Source of the DNA: Rhodoferax sp.
Lineage (GTDB): Bacteria; Pseudomonadota; Gammaproteobacteria; Burkholderiales; Burkholderiaceae_C
DNA: 64,000 nt
Assembly: GCA_031431035.1 (NCBI GenBank)
Contig: JANPCR010000182.1
Span: forward strand, 7,675-71,674
Direction: 5' to 3'
This document shows, piece by piece, positions 18,671 to 28,212 of this stretch. The stretch's first letter is position 1. Every line of letters starts with the position of its first letter. The notes beneath the pieces were generated by a model. It ran no database searches and was not told the origin of the DNA. It saw only the letters and a list, made by a program, of their open reading frames with translations. A program made the position numbers and the translations under genes.

Positions 18671-21600
18671 TTGACAAAATTTTTTGAGTTTTTCAGAAAC
18701 CTGGGCCAAAAGCTTCACCCCAAGCTAGACGCTTTGCTGTTTGGATTCTCCAGCTACGCCATTCCGGTGTTGGTGGGTTTTGTCAGCTTGTTGGCTTTGA
18801 TTGTTTGGAAAACCCAGTACGCATCGGGCGCTCCCCAACTGCTTGAGTTGCGGGTTTTCAAGACTGGTGCGGCCGCAGCCCCAGCGCAAACCTCTGCGCC
18901 CGACTTGCAGGCAGTTTTGAGCCAAATTGCCAAGCAACCCATCGTCCCTTTTGCCGACACGGACTTGAATGAAGCTCCGTTTTGGGTATCTTTCACCTCC
19001 CCTGCCAGTGATGCCATGGCGCTGATGGAAGTGGAATTTCCATCGCGCCACGCGGTGGAAGTCACCTGCTGGAATGCGGACACACAAGCCTTGTTGGGCC
19101 GCGCCAACCGCGATAGCGCTGGCGGGCAGATCTCGGAAATCAAAGCGGGGTTTGTGCTCATCACGGCGATGTCCACCCAACCACAAAACGTCATTTGCCA
19201 AGTGTTGTCGATTGGCCCTGCCCGCATCACGGCCTTGTCATGGCAATCGGCCGATCTGCAAATGTCGGCGCAAGAGTTTCACCGCAAATCAGGCCTGCTC
19301 GAGGGCGGCATCCTGATTCTGGCAGTGTTTGTCCTGGTCACTGCCATGATCAACCGCAGCGCCTTGTACCTTTTGTTTGCAGCCTGGTTGGTCGTCAATT
19401 TGCGAATGGGTGCCCTTTCAGCAGGTTGGGACGCGCAATGGCTGGGATTTGCCATTCCATCTGAAGGCTTGGTGAGCATGCGGGCCATCACCATGGCGGT
19501 CTACTTTGTGCTGTCGGTCACGCTTTTTGGCATGTTGTTCCGGGAAGATCTGGTCAAGGTAGGAACCATGTGGTTGATGCGCATACCGCAGTGGTTTTGC
19601 TTGCCCCTTTTGGCCATATCCGCCCTTCTGCCCTACCGCAACTTCCTGCCCTTCCTCTGGATTGCGACGGGAGTGTTCATTGGTGTGATGTTGTTTTCGA
19701 TGGCCAAAATATTGATTTTGACCCGATCCAAGGCTGCCATTTGGTACAGCGCGTCGATCAGCATCACACTGGCCGCCAGTTTGTACGAGGTGATTGCCGC
19801 CGCCCTGGGTGTCAAGGGTCTGATTGGCTCCTTCAATAGCGTTACCGCGGCCTTGTCGTCGAGTTTGCTCGCAGCGGTGGCGATTGCGGCCCAAATGCGC
19901 CAAGAGCATGAAAAACGGCTAGAGGTGCAAGCCGAGCTTCAGCACACCTATGAAGCCATGCCGATTGGCCTGTTCACGCTTGATTTGCGCGGCCGGTTTT
20001 TGAGTGCCAACCCGGCGCTGATGCGCATGTTGGGTCACAAGGTGCTTGAAAAAGGCGGGCGCTCCTGGCAGCGCTATTTCAATGGTGGCGCTTGGGCGCA
20101 ATTGCACAATCTGGTTCATTCGCAAAGCGATGGCGAGCTTGAGATCAAAGGCCGAGCGCCATTGCTTGGCAACCGTGAAGTCAGCCGATTTTTGGTCAAG
20201 GCCACGCTGGCTCGCAACCGCATTGAAGGCTCTTTGCAAAACGTGACGGAGAAAGCCAAGGCCACGGAAGAATTGCTTTTTTTGGTCAATAACGACCCGT
20301 TGACCAAGGTATTGAACCGACGCGGCATCGAAAAGGCGCTGGACTCGGCCATGTCAGAGTTGGCCAATGGCAAACCCCTGGCGCTGGCCTACCTCGATCT
20401 GGACCGATTCAGGCTGATCAACGATTTGTTTGGCCATAACGCGGGCGATGAGGTTTTGCAGCAAGTTTGCCAGCGCGTGATTCACATGATTTCTGGCGCC
20501 ATGCAATTTGGGCGTGTGGGCGGCGACGAGTTTGTGCTGGTCATGGCTGACACCAAAATTCCTGTGGCGACTTTGATTTGCAAAGGCATTATTGAAAGCT
20601 TGGGCAGCACGCCTTATAAGGTCGGAGATCGCGCTTTTCATGTGCGCGGCTCGATTGGGCTAATTGACGTCGGCGCAGAAATGCAGGTCAAAGACGCTGT
20701 CTCCACCGCCGACCGTGCGTGCCACGAAGCCAAGGCTGGCAGTGGCGACGGTTTGGTGGTGTTTGAACGCAACGCCAGCGCCTTTGACCAGCACGAGGCG
20801 GAGTTGCGGCTGGTGGAGCAACTGTCCAACACCAATGCGACAGACGGTTTGTTTTTGATGATGCAGCCCATCATGTCCTTGACCTCGCCCTCGGAGTCGC
20901 TCAATTTTGAGGTGCTGCTTCGCATGCTGGACCATGAAGGCAAGTTGATTCCGACAGACCGATTGATCTCAGCTGGCGAAAGCAGTGGCCAAATGAGCGT
21001 GATTGACCGCTGGGTCTTGTCGACCACCCTGGCGTGGATGAACACCCACAGCAGCACCCTTGAAAACACCAAGTTCGTGTGCATGAACCTGAGTGGTGCG
21101 TCCCTCAACGACGAAAAGTTTTTGCAAGATGTGTACGCCATGCTGGAACTGAACACCAACATCGTCTCGCACCTTTGCCTTGAAATCACGGAAAGCGTGG
21201 CCTTGCACGACTTGAACAACACGCGCCGCTTTGTCGACAAGGTGCGCAGTTATGGCGCGAAAGTGGCGCTGGATGACTTTGGCGCAGGCTACACCTCGTT
21301 CTCGTACCTGAAGGAACTGACGGCCGATTTGCTCAAAATTGACGGCAGTTTCATTGTGGACATGAACCGCCACCCGGCCAATGTAGCGATTGTGGAGGCC
21401 ATTGTCAGCCTGGCCCGGAATTTGGGCATGAAGACCATCGCCGAATGGGCAGAAGACTCGGCAACCGTGCAGACCTTAACTGAAATTGGCGTGGACTACG
21501 TGCAAGGCTTTGTTGTGGCACGGCCCCAAATGCCAGAAAACCTGCTGACGGCCACCTCGTCAGCCAGCTTTGTGGTCGATGCTGATTTGCTGCAGTTTTT

Positions 21601-21679
21601 ATCGTTGCTTGAGCGCTCGGACCCAGCGGTGGTTCAGGTGGATTTGTTTGAGCAAGCCAACCTGCAAAGTTTACATTGA
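18671..21679 (+). CDS. 7TMR-DISM membrane sensor with PAS, GGDEF and EAL domains (c-di-GMP turnover)
   Basis: 1002 aa. N-terminal periplasmic region plus about 7 TM helices, a PAS-like segment, an intact GGDEF motif (RVGGDEFVLVM), and an EAL domain (EVLLR, DDFGAGYTSFSYL, KIDGSFI). TTG start with GGAGA upstream. Confidence 0.85.
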   Translation: MTKFFEFFRNLGQKLHPKLDALLFGFSSYAIPVLVGFVSLLALIVWKTQYASGAPQLLELRVFKTGAAAAPAQTSAPDLQAVLSQIAKQPIVPFADTDLNEAPFWVSFTSPASDAMALMEVEFPSRHAVEVTCWNADTQALLGRANRDSAGGQISEIKAGFVLITAMSTQPQNVICQVLSIGPARITALSWQSADLQMSAQEFHRKSGLLEGGILILAVFVLVTAMINRSALYLLFAAWLVVNLRMGALSAGWDAQWLGFAIPSEGLVSMRAITMAVYFVLSVTLFGMLFREDLVKVGTMWLMRIPQWFCLPLLAISALLPYRNFLPFLWIATGVFIGVMLFSMAKILILTRSKAAIWYSASISITLAASLYEVIAAALGVKGLIGSFNSVTAALSSSLLAAVAIAAQMRQEHEKRLEVQAELQHTYEAMPIGLFTLDLRGRFLSANPALMRMLGHKVLEKGGRSWQRYFNGGAWAQLHNLVHSQSDGELEIKGRAPLLGNREVSRFLVKATLARNRIEGSLQNVTEKAKATEELLFLVNNDPLTKVLNRRGIEKALDSAMSELANGKPLALAYLDLDRFRLINDLFGHNAGDEVLQQVCQRVIHMISGAMQFGRVGGDEFVLVMADTKIPVATLICKGIIESLGSTPYKVGDRAFHVRGSIGLIDVGAEMQVKDAVSTADRACHEAKAGSGDGLVVFERNASAFDQHEAELRLVEQLSNTNATDGLFLMMQPIMSLTSPSESLNFEVLLRMLDHEGKLIPTDRLISAGESSGQMSVIDRWVLSTTLAWMNTHSSTLENTKFVCMNLSGASLNDEKFLQDVYAMLELNTNIVSHLCLEITESVALHDLNNTRRFVDKVRSYGAKVALDDFGAGYTSFSYLKELTADLLKIDGSFIVDMNRHPANVAIVEAIVSLARNLGMKTIAEWAEDSATVQTLTEIGVDYVQGFVVARPQMPENLLTATSSASFVVDADLLQFLSLLERSDPAVVQVDLFEQANLQSLH

Positions 21680-21728
21680 GCCTGCAGTGACACTACGGTG
21701 ACCTTGCGCAGGCGAGCCGGCTGCCACC

Positions 21729-22640
21729 CTACTCAGCCCTAAGCGAACGCTTCAACTCTTCGCCAATTTCGGGTTTGCCAGCAAACGGACTGGTCGGATT
21801 GCGCGCCAAAATAATGTCCTCCATGCGGGTCTGAACCGACTTGATGGCGTGGGGGTGGCTGTAGATGTAGAAGCGGTTGGCAGCGATGGCGTCGAACACC
21901 ATGGCAGCCACGTCGGCTGCGCTGACTTTGCCGCTGTTAACGGCCTTGGACGTCATGGCTTGGCCAATTTTTTGACTTTTGGTCAGGGTGGCTTGCGCAT
22001 CAGTCATATCACCTGGGCGATTGCGTTCACTTTGGTTGATTCCCGTAGCCACAAAAAATGGGCACAGCACACTGGCGCTGATTTGGTCTGTGACTAGAGA
22101 CAAGTCGGTGTACAGCGTCTCGGTCATGCTGACCACCGCATGCTTGCTGACGTTGTAGACACCCATGTTGGGTGGGTTCAGCAAACCGGCCATGCTGGCT
22201 GTGTTGACAATGTGGCCCTGGTAGCCAGGGTCTTGTTTGGCGGCTTGCAGCATCATGGGCGTGAAGACCCGCAAGCCGTGCACGACGCCCATCAAATTCA
22301 CGCCCAAAACCCATTCCCAGTCTTTCAGCGAGTTCTCCCAAATCAAACCGCCCGCCCCCACGCCAGCGTTGTTAAACACAAAATGGGGTGCGCCGAAACG
22401 TTTGAACACGGCTTGACCCAGCGCTTCAAATTCGTCAGCTTTTGATACATCCAGCGGGAAAGCCAATACTTGGGCACCTGCGGCTTCCAATTCGTCGCTG
22501 GCTTTGGCCAAAGCATCTTTTTGCACATCTGCCAAAACCAGATTCATGCCGAGTTTGGCACCCAAGCGCGCGCATTCGAGCCCAAAGCCTGAGCCTGCGC
22601 CCGTCAAAACGGCAGTTTTGCCTTTGAAATCAGAAATCAT
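21729..22640 (-). CDS. SDR family oxidoreductase
   Basis: TGAGSGFG Rossmann motif and a YNVSK catalytic motif; 303 aa. Confidence 0.85.
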   Translation of the reverse strand: MISDFKGKTAVLTGAGSGFGLECARLGAKLGMNLVLADVQKDALAKASDELEAAGAQVLAFPLDVSKADEFEALGQAVFKRFGAPHFVFNNAGVGAGGLIWENSLKDWEWVLGVNLMGVVHGLRVFTPMMLQAAKQDPGYQGHIVNTASMAGLLNPPNMGVYNVSKHAVVSMTETLYTDLSLVTDQISASVLCPFFVATGINQSERNRPGDMTDAQATLTKSQKIGQAMTSKAVNSGKVSAADVAAMVFDAIAANRFYIYSHPHAIKSVQTRMEDIILARNPTSPFAGKPEIGEELKRSLRAE

Positions 22641-22641
22641 G

Positions 22642-23604
22642 TCAAGCTGCTACTTTCTTCAAAATGAACCCAATGCGCGGGAAGTGCACCTGAACCGTCC
22701 CCGCGCGGTCATCGGTGCGGCGCAAGGTGTAATGCATGCGGGTGGCCGAGATCAGCTCACCCTCGGTGGGTTCGGGGCCAAAACTGTCAGCCGCAATGGT
22801 GACCTGGCTGCCCAGCTCAATGCCATGCTCGTCCTGAAACTGCTCATTGCCAAAAACGCTGTCCGTCCAGCCAGATTGGGCGCACGCTTCGATGGCTTCG
22901 GTGGATGAGCAGTCTTGGTGCGTGCCGTGGCCCAAACTGGCCATGCGGTCCATCCAGGCCAAAACACCTGGGGTGGCATCCAGAACGCCCGCCATCACGC
23001 TGACTTGGGTGCGCGTGAACCAAAGCGGGTGGTAAGCAGAAAAATCAGCAACGCTGGGTTCGTTGCCCAACAGGAAATCTTGGCTGTCCAGCATGTTGGC
23101 CAGGCGACGCAAATAGCTTTTGTAAGTGGCCGCAGCATCGGCTGGCGGCATGCGCGGCTGGCCCAGGCGCATTTTGGCGCGGTCTTCAATGAAAGCTTTG
23201 CTGACCGTGGCGATGTTCTCGGGCGTGGTGCCTGGAAACGACGAAAACAGTTGGGCCGCACCTTTGGGCGAAAAGTTGTAGCCCATGGCCGCCTGAAACA
23301 CTTTGTCGTCCGCCCATTGGGACAAGATGCGGGCCAAGCCCTTGTGTTTGGCGGGGTACAAGGATGGCCCAGGGTGCAAATGCTCCAGCACATCGCAGAT
23401 CAAAGCGGTGTCGCAGTAAATGTCGGCACCCACCTGCAAAAAAGGCGTTTTGCGATACCCTCCCGTCAGTGCCAGCACATCGGGTTTGGGCATCATATTG
23501 GGCACGATGACCGACTTCCAGGCCAACTTCTTAAAACCCATCACCAACCGAATTTTCTCGGCAAACGGCGACGCGGGGTAATGGTGAAGAATCAGGTCGG
23601 ACAT
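22642..23604 (-). CDS. glutathione S-transferase family protein with C-terminal extension
   Basis: N-terminal GST-like thioredoxin fold (LHHYPASPFAEKIRLV...KTPFLQVG) and about 100 extra C-terminal residues of unknown function. Confidence 0.7.
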   Translation of the reverse strand: MSDLILHHYPASPFAEKIRLVMGFKKLAWKSVIVPNMMPKPDVLALTGGYRKTPFLQVGADIYCDTALICDVLEHLHPGPSLYPAKHKGLARILSQWADDKVFQAAMGYNFSPKGAAQLFSSFPGTTPENIATVSKAFIEDRAKMRLGQPRMPPADAAATYKSYLRRLANMLDSQDFLLGNEPSVADFSAYHPLWFTRTQVSVMAGVLDATPGVLAWMDRMASLGHGTHQDCSSTEAIEACAQSGWTDSVFGNEQFQDEHGIELGSQVTIAADSFGPEPTEGELISATRMHYTLRRTDDRAGTVQVHFPRIGFILKKVAA

Positions 23605-23676
23605 CGGTTTTCTCCTTGGGTGCTGAACAGTGAAATCAGGGCTTTGAAGTTTTGAGACGCAAATCTAACGGTCGAA

Positions 23677-24693
23677 TCAGATCAATTTAACTATTTGTTT
23701 GCCAAAATTCTTGCCCTTCAGCAGGCCCAAAAACGCCTCGGGTGCCGCCGCGATACCATGAGCGACCGATTCGCGGGGTTTGAGCTTGCCGCTGGCCACC
23801 AGGCCACCCAGCTCTGCCAAAGCCTGGGGCCAGATTTCCATGTGCTCGCTGACAATGAAACCTTCAACCTTCAGGCGGCTGACCAAAATGAGCGAGGGTT
23901 GCGCCAATGGCAAGGGTGCGCCGTCGTAGCCTGCAATCATGCCGCACACCGCAATGCGGCCAAAGGCGTTCATGCGGGTCAGCACCGCGTCCAGCACCAT
24001 GCCGCCTACGTTTTCAAAGTAGCCGTCAATGCCGTCCGGGCAAGCTTCTTTAAGGGCTTTGGACAATGACGCGGCGTTGCTGTGCAACTTGTAGTCTATG
24101 CAGGCGTCAAAACCCAGCTCGTCTGCTGCGTATTTGCATTTGTCTGGCCCACCGGCAATGCCGACCGTGCGGCAGCCTCGGGCTTTGGACAAAGCCGCAA
24201 AGGCACTGCCCACGGCGCCTGTTGCCGCACTGACCACCATGGTTTGCCCGGCTTTAGGTTTGATGATGTCGACCAAGCCGTACCAGGCTGTCACGCCGGG
24301 CATGCCCACAGCACCCAGGTAGTGGCTCAGAGGCACGTGGGTGGTGTCGACCTTGCGCAAAGCGCCTGGTTGGCTCACGTCAACCACGCTGTACTCTTGC
24401 CAGCCGCCCATGCCCACCACCTTGTCGCCGACAGCGTACTTGTCGCTTTTGGATTCGACAATTTCACCGACCGTGCCGCCGCCCATGGTTTGCCCCAGCG
24501 CTTGGGGTACTGCGTAGCTTTTGCCGTCGTTCATGCGCCCGCGCATGTAGGGGTCCAGGCTCAGAAAGTGGTGGCGCACCAGCACTTGGCCTGCTGTCAA
24601 CGCCGGAGTTTCAGATTCGACGAGTTTGAAGTTGCTGGCCATTGCTTCGCCGGTTGGGCGGTTGTCCAGGTGCATTTGTTGGTTGATTGGCAT
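23677..24693 (-). CDS. NADP-dependent oxidoreductase (medium-chain reductase, CurA/YncB/PTGR-like)
   Basis: 338 aa. N-terminal LSLDPYMRGRM motif and an AATGAVGS nucleotide-binding motif. Confidence 0.85.
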   Translation of the reverse strand: MPINQQMHLDNRPTGEAMASNFKLVESETPALTAGQVLVRHHFLSLDPYMRGRMNDGKSYAVPQALGQTMGGGTVGEIVESKSDKYAVGDKVVGMGGWQEYSVVDVSQPGALRKVDTTHVPLSHYLGAVGMPGVTAWYGLVDIIKPKAGQTMVVSAATGAVGSAFAALSKARGCRTVGIAGGPDKCKYAADELGFDACIDYKLHSNAASLSKALKEACPDGIDGYFENVGGMVLDAVLTRMNAFGRIAVCGMIAGYDGAPLPLAQPSLILVSRLKVEGFIVSEHMEIWPQALAELGGLVASGKLKPRESVAHGIAAAPEAFLGLLKGKNFGKQIVKLI

Positions 24694-24753
24694 GAAAAGC
24701 TCGCTAAAAATTGAATTGCAAAAGGAAAAAGGAAAGAGGAGTCAGTTTGATGG

Positions 24754-25191
24754 TCAGTCGGTTGAAACAATGTCATTTGGCGTTTCGCCATCTTGGGGGT
24801 TGGCATTTCGGTCGCCGCGCCTGACGTATTTGAAGGTGCCAGTGGCGTGCGCGCAGGCCAGCCCTTCCGCGTCAAAAATGGTGGCTTCGGTGAAGGCCAT
24901 CGATTTGGTGCGGTGCATCAAGTGCCCTTTGCTGGTCAGCATGCCACGACAGGGCCTCATGAAGCTGGTCTTCATCTCGATCGTGACGACCCCCATGTTG
25001 GGTTCAACGCTGCGCGCTGCGGTGGCCATGCTCACATCCAGCAAAGTCATGACCGCGCCACCATGCGTGACGTGAAACGTGTTCAGGTGTTCTGGCCGGG
25101 CTTCATAGCTGATTTGCGAATGACCCCCCTCGAAAACATCAAGTGAAAAGCCTAAATGCTCAACAAAGGGAATTTTGATGGCGAAAGTCAT
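24754..25191 (-). CDS. PaaI-family hotdog thioesterase
   Basis: HVTHGGAVMTLLDVSM motif typical of PaaI/4HBT class II. ATG at 25191 preferred; the ORF is open to 25209. Confidence 0.8.
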   Translation of the reverse strand: MTFAIKIPFVEHLGFSLDVFEGGHSQISYEARPEHLNTFHVTHGGAVMTLLDVSMATAARSVEPNMGVVTIEMKTSFMRPCRGMLTSKGHLMHRTKSMAFTEATIFDAEGLACAHATGTFKYVRRGDRNANPQDGETPNDIVSTD

Positions 25192-25236
25192 GAATAAATC
25201 GCAGGACACAAAGTGGCAAGCGTGGGGGCCATATTC

Positions 25237-26028
25237 CTAGGCACCCGTCACAACGCTGACGCCGCCATCCACGGCCATCCATTGGCCAGTGATGTGTTTG
25301 CCTGCGTCTGACGCGTACAGCAGGGTAATGCCTTTGAGGTCTTCGTCGTCACCCAGGCGATTGAGTGGCGCTGCGGAAGCCATCTTGTCTTCACCAAGCA
25401 AGTCGATCAGGCCAGCGGCCATTTTGGTCATGAAAAACCCTGGGCAAATGGCGTTGACGTTGATGTTGTACTGCCCCCATTCCGCCGCCAATGTTTTGGT
25501 GAAGTTGACCACCGCGCCTTTGGACGTGCTGTAGGCAATGGTGTTCATGCCTTTGGGGTTGCCGTTGAGCCCGGCAATCGACGCAATGTTGATGATGCGC
25601 CCTGCCCGATTCGGAATCATGCTGTGTTTGGCAATGTGTTGCGACAAAATGAAATAGCCGCGAATGTTGAGGTTCATCACCTTGTCCCAGGCGGCCACAG
25701 GGTGGTCCTCAGCCGGGGCACCCCAACTGGCACCCGCGTTGTTCACCAAAATATCAACCCGCCCCAGGCGCTGCAGACTTTCATCCCCCAGGCGGCGAAG
25801 GTCCTCTTCTTTGCCACAGTCGGCGGCAATCCAGCTGGCGTCAATGCCGACCGCCTTCAACTGGGCGGCCGCTTGCTCCAGGTCTTCGGCTTTGCGCGAA
25901 TTCAGCACGATTTTGGCACCCGCCTCGCCCAGAGCGTGAGCCATTTGCAGACCCAGGCCGCGAGAGCCGCCTGTGACCAGCGCCGTTTTGCCTTTCAAGT
26001 CAAACAGTTGTTGAATGGTTCTGGACAT
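25237..26028 (-). CDS. SDR family oxidoreductase
   Basis: TGGSRGLG Rossmann motif and YSTSK catalytic motif; 263 aa. Confidence 0.88.
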   Translation of the reverse strand: MSRTIQQLFDLKGKTALVTGGSRGLGLQMAHALGEAGAKIVLNSRKAEDLEQAAAQLKAVGIDASWIAADCGKEEDLRRLGDESLQRLGRVDILVNNAGASWGAPAEDHPVAAWDKVMNLNIRGYFILSQHIAKHSMIPNRAGRIINIASIAGLNGNPKGMNTIAYSTSKGAVVNFTKTLAAEWGQYNINVNAICPGFFMTKMAAGLIDLLGEDKMASAAPLNRLGDDEDLKGITLLYASDAGKHITGQWMAVDGGVSVVTGA

Positions 26029-26094
26029 GGGATTCCTTCAAAAGTGGTGCAAAAAGAGGTTAAAAAGTGTTTGGCGGTAAAATTTTTCTGCAGT

Positions 26095-26298
26095 TCAAGG
26101 CGCTGCCTTCAGGCGGGAACGCACATAAATCAAGGCGCTGCCAAGCACCACCAACACTGTGCCGATGACAAACATCCACCAGGCGGTTGACGCGTCGCCG
26201 CCCTGCACAAAGGTGCCCAACACCACCGTCAACAAACCGCCGTAAATGGCGATCCAGACGAGCCATTGCAAGCGGGTGAGCAATTTTTGGCTGACCAT
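26095..26298 (-). CDS. small two-TM membrane protein
   Basis: 67-aa product with two hydrophobic helices. Its ATG overlaps the TAA of the upstream acyl-CoA dehydrogenase (TAATG). Confidence 0.55.
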   Translation of the reverse strand: MVSQKLLTRLQWLVWIAIYGGLLTVVLGTFVQGGDASTAWWMFVIGTVLVVLGSALIYVRSRLKAAP

Positions 26299-28166
26299 TA
26301 AAAAGCCTCCAGCGCCAAATCGGCGCACGTCATGTCGCGGGATTCAACCACCTTGTACCACGCGCCGATTTTGGGGAGCTCATAGTGGTAAAAGTACTGG
26401 GTTGCCGCCAAAACGCCCTGGGTGGCGGGCTTGGACTGGGCTGCGTCGTGATGCAAAGCGGTGGCGGCCACGTCCAGCCAGATCCAGGCCAACACAGTGT
26501 GGCCAAAGCCTTGCATGTAGGGCACGGCATTGGCCAAAGCCTGCGCCGGGTTGCCGCTAGACCAAGCGGATTGCGTGACGCTGAAGGCCTGGGCAAGCGC
26601 ATGCTCTAGCGCGAGCGCGTGGGCGGCCAGGGCCTCAACCGGTTTGCAGCGGTCAATGGTTGAGGTAACGCGCTGGGCCAACAGGGTCAGGCCACGGCCG
26701 TCTTCCATCAGCACCTTGCGACCCAGCAGGTCAGCGGCCTGAATGCCATGCGCGCCCTCATGAATCATGTTCAGGCGGTTGTCGCGCCAGTATTGTTCTA
26801 CCGGGAAGTCGCGGGTGTAGCCGTAGCCGCCATGGATTTGAATCGCCATGCTGTTGGCCTCCAAACACCATTCGCTGGGCCAGCTTTTGGCAATGGGGGT
26901 CAGCACTTCGAGCAACAGGCGGGCGTCGTCTGCCGCCTGGGAGCTGCCTGTGTGCTGTTCGTCCACCAAACGGGCGCAATACAGTTCAAGCGCCAAAGCG
27001 CCTTCGCCATACGACTTTTGCGCCAACAGCATGCGTTTCACATCGGCATGTTCAATGATGGCAACCTGCGCTTGGGTAGCGTCTTTCACTGCCACGCCAC
27101 TGGCGCTGGCACCTTTGACGGGGCGGCCTTGCAAGCGGGTTTTGGCGTAATCAAGCGAAGCGTAATAACCCGCCAAACCCAGCATGGTGGCAGCTGTGCC
27201 GACGCCAATACGGGCTTCGTTCATCATGTGGAACATGCAGCGCAAACCTTCGCCGGGCTTGCCGACTAGGTAGCCGATCGCTCCAGGCAGGTCGGTCGGC
27301 CCATCGAGTGAACCCACTGGGTACTTGCCTTCGCCAAAATTCAGCAACGTGTTGGTGGTGCCGCGCCAGCCGAGCTTGTGGTTCAGGCCCGCCAAGGCCA
27401 CGTCATTGCGTTGGCCCGTCAATTCACCTGCCGTGTTGACCATCTTTTTGGGCACGATAAACAATGAAATGCCGCGCGTTCCGGCGACCAGCTTGCCGTC
27501 CGCCCCTGGAATTTTGGCCAAAACCAGGTGAATGATGTTTTCGGTCAGCTCGTGTTCACCGGCTGAAATCCACATCTTGTTGCCTTTGATGCGGTAGCGT
27601 GGCCCCAGGGCTTCAGCTTCGAAACTATCGCCATCGGGCACGGCGCGGGTGGTGATGTCAGACAGGCTGGAGCCCGCCTGCGGCTCGCTTAAGCACATGG
27701 TGCCCGACCAACGGCCTGAAAACTCATTCAGCGCAAACACATCGCGCTGCAAAGTGGTGCCGTGCTTCATCAGCAAATTGGCATTGCCCACCGACAGCAG
27801 CCCGGAGCCGATGCTGACCGAGGCCATGGCGAAAAAGGCGTTTGCGGCGGCTTCGACCGTGTAGGGCAATTGCATGCCACCAATGGCGTAGTCCTGCGAG
27901 GCGCTCAGCATGCCTGACTCTGCGTAGGCCTTTTGGGCATCATGGGTCGCCTGCGGCAGCGTGACTTTTTCGCCGTCAAAATGCGGCTCCTGCGTGTCGA
28001 CCAGGCGATTGAAAGGGGCGTATTTCTCGCGGGCGATGCGCTCGCAGGTGTCCAGAACAGCGTCAAACGTCTCGCGGGAATGGTCGCTGAAGCGCTCGCG
28101 CTGGTTCAGGCCTGCCGCTTGGAGCCAGTCAAAAAGAAGAAAGTCCAGTGTGTCGCGAAATGCCAT
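26298..28166 (-). CDS. large acyl-CoA dehydrogenase (FadE-type with C-terminal extension domain)
   Basis: 622 aa; the acyl-CoA dehydrogenase N-terminal, middle and C-terminal regions are recognisable (GGYGYTRDFPVEQYWRD). Confidence 0.88.
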   Translation of the reverse strand: MAFRDTLDFLLFDWLQAAGLNQRERFSDHSRETFDAVLDTCERIAREKYAPFNRLVDTQEPHFDGEKVTLPQATHDAQKAYAESGMLSASQDYAIGGMQLPYTVEAAANAFFAMASVSIGSGLLSVGNANLLMKHGTTLQRDVFALNEFSGRWSGTMCLSEPQAGSSLSDITTRAVPDGDSFEAEALGPRYRIKGNKMWISAGEHELTENIIHLVLAKIPGADGKLVAGTRGISLFIVPKKMVNTAGELTGQRNDVALAGLNHKLGWRGTTNTLLNFGEGKYPVGSLDGPTDLPGAIGYLVGKPGEGLRCMFHMMNEARIGVGTAATMLGLAGYYASLDYAKTRLQGRPVKGASASGVAVKDATQAQVAIIEHADVKRMLLAQKSYGEGALALELYCARLVDEQHTGSSQAADDARLLLEVLTPIAKSWPSEWCLEANSMAIQIHGGYGYTRDFPVEQYWRDNRLNMIHEGAHGIQAADLLGRKVLMEDGRGLTLLAQRVTSTIDRCKPVEALAAHALALEHALAQAFSVTQSAWSSGNPAQALANAVPYMQGFGHTVLAWIWLDVAATALHHDAAQSKPATQGVLAATQYFYHYELPKIGAWYKVVESRDMTCADLALEAF

Positions 28167-28212
28167 GGTCTGTCTAACTTTCTAAAACGGGCCAAAAAAC
28201 GGCGAAAACCTT

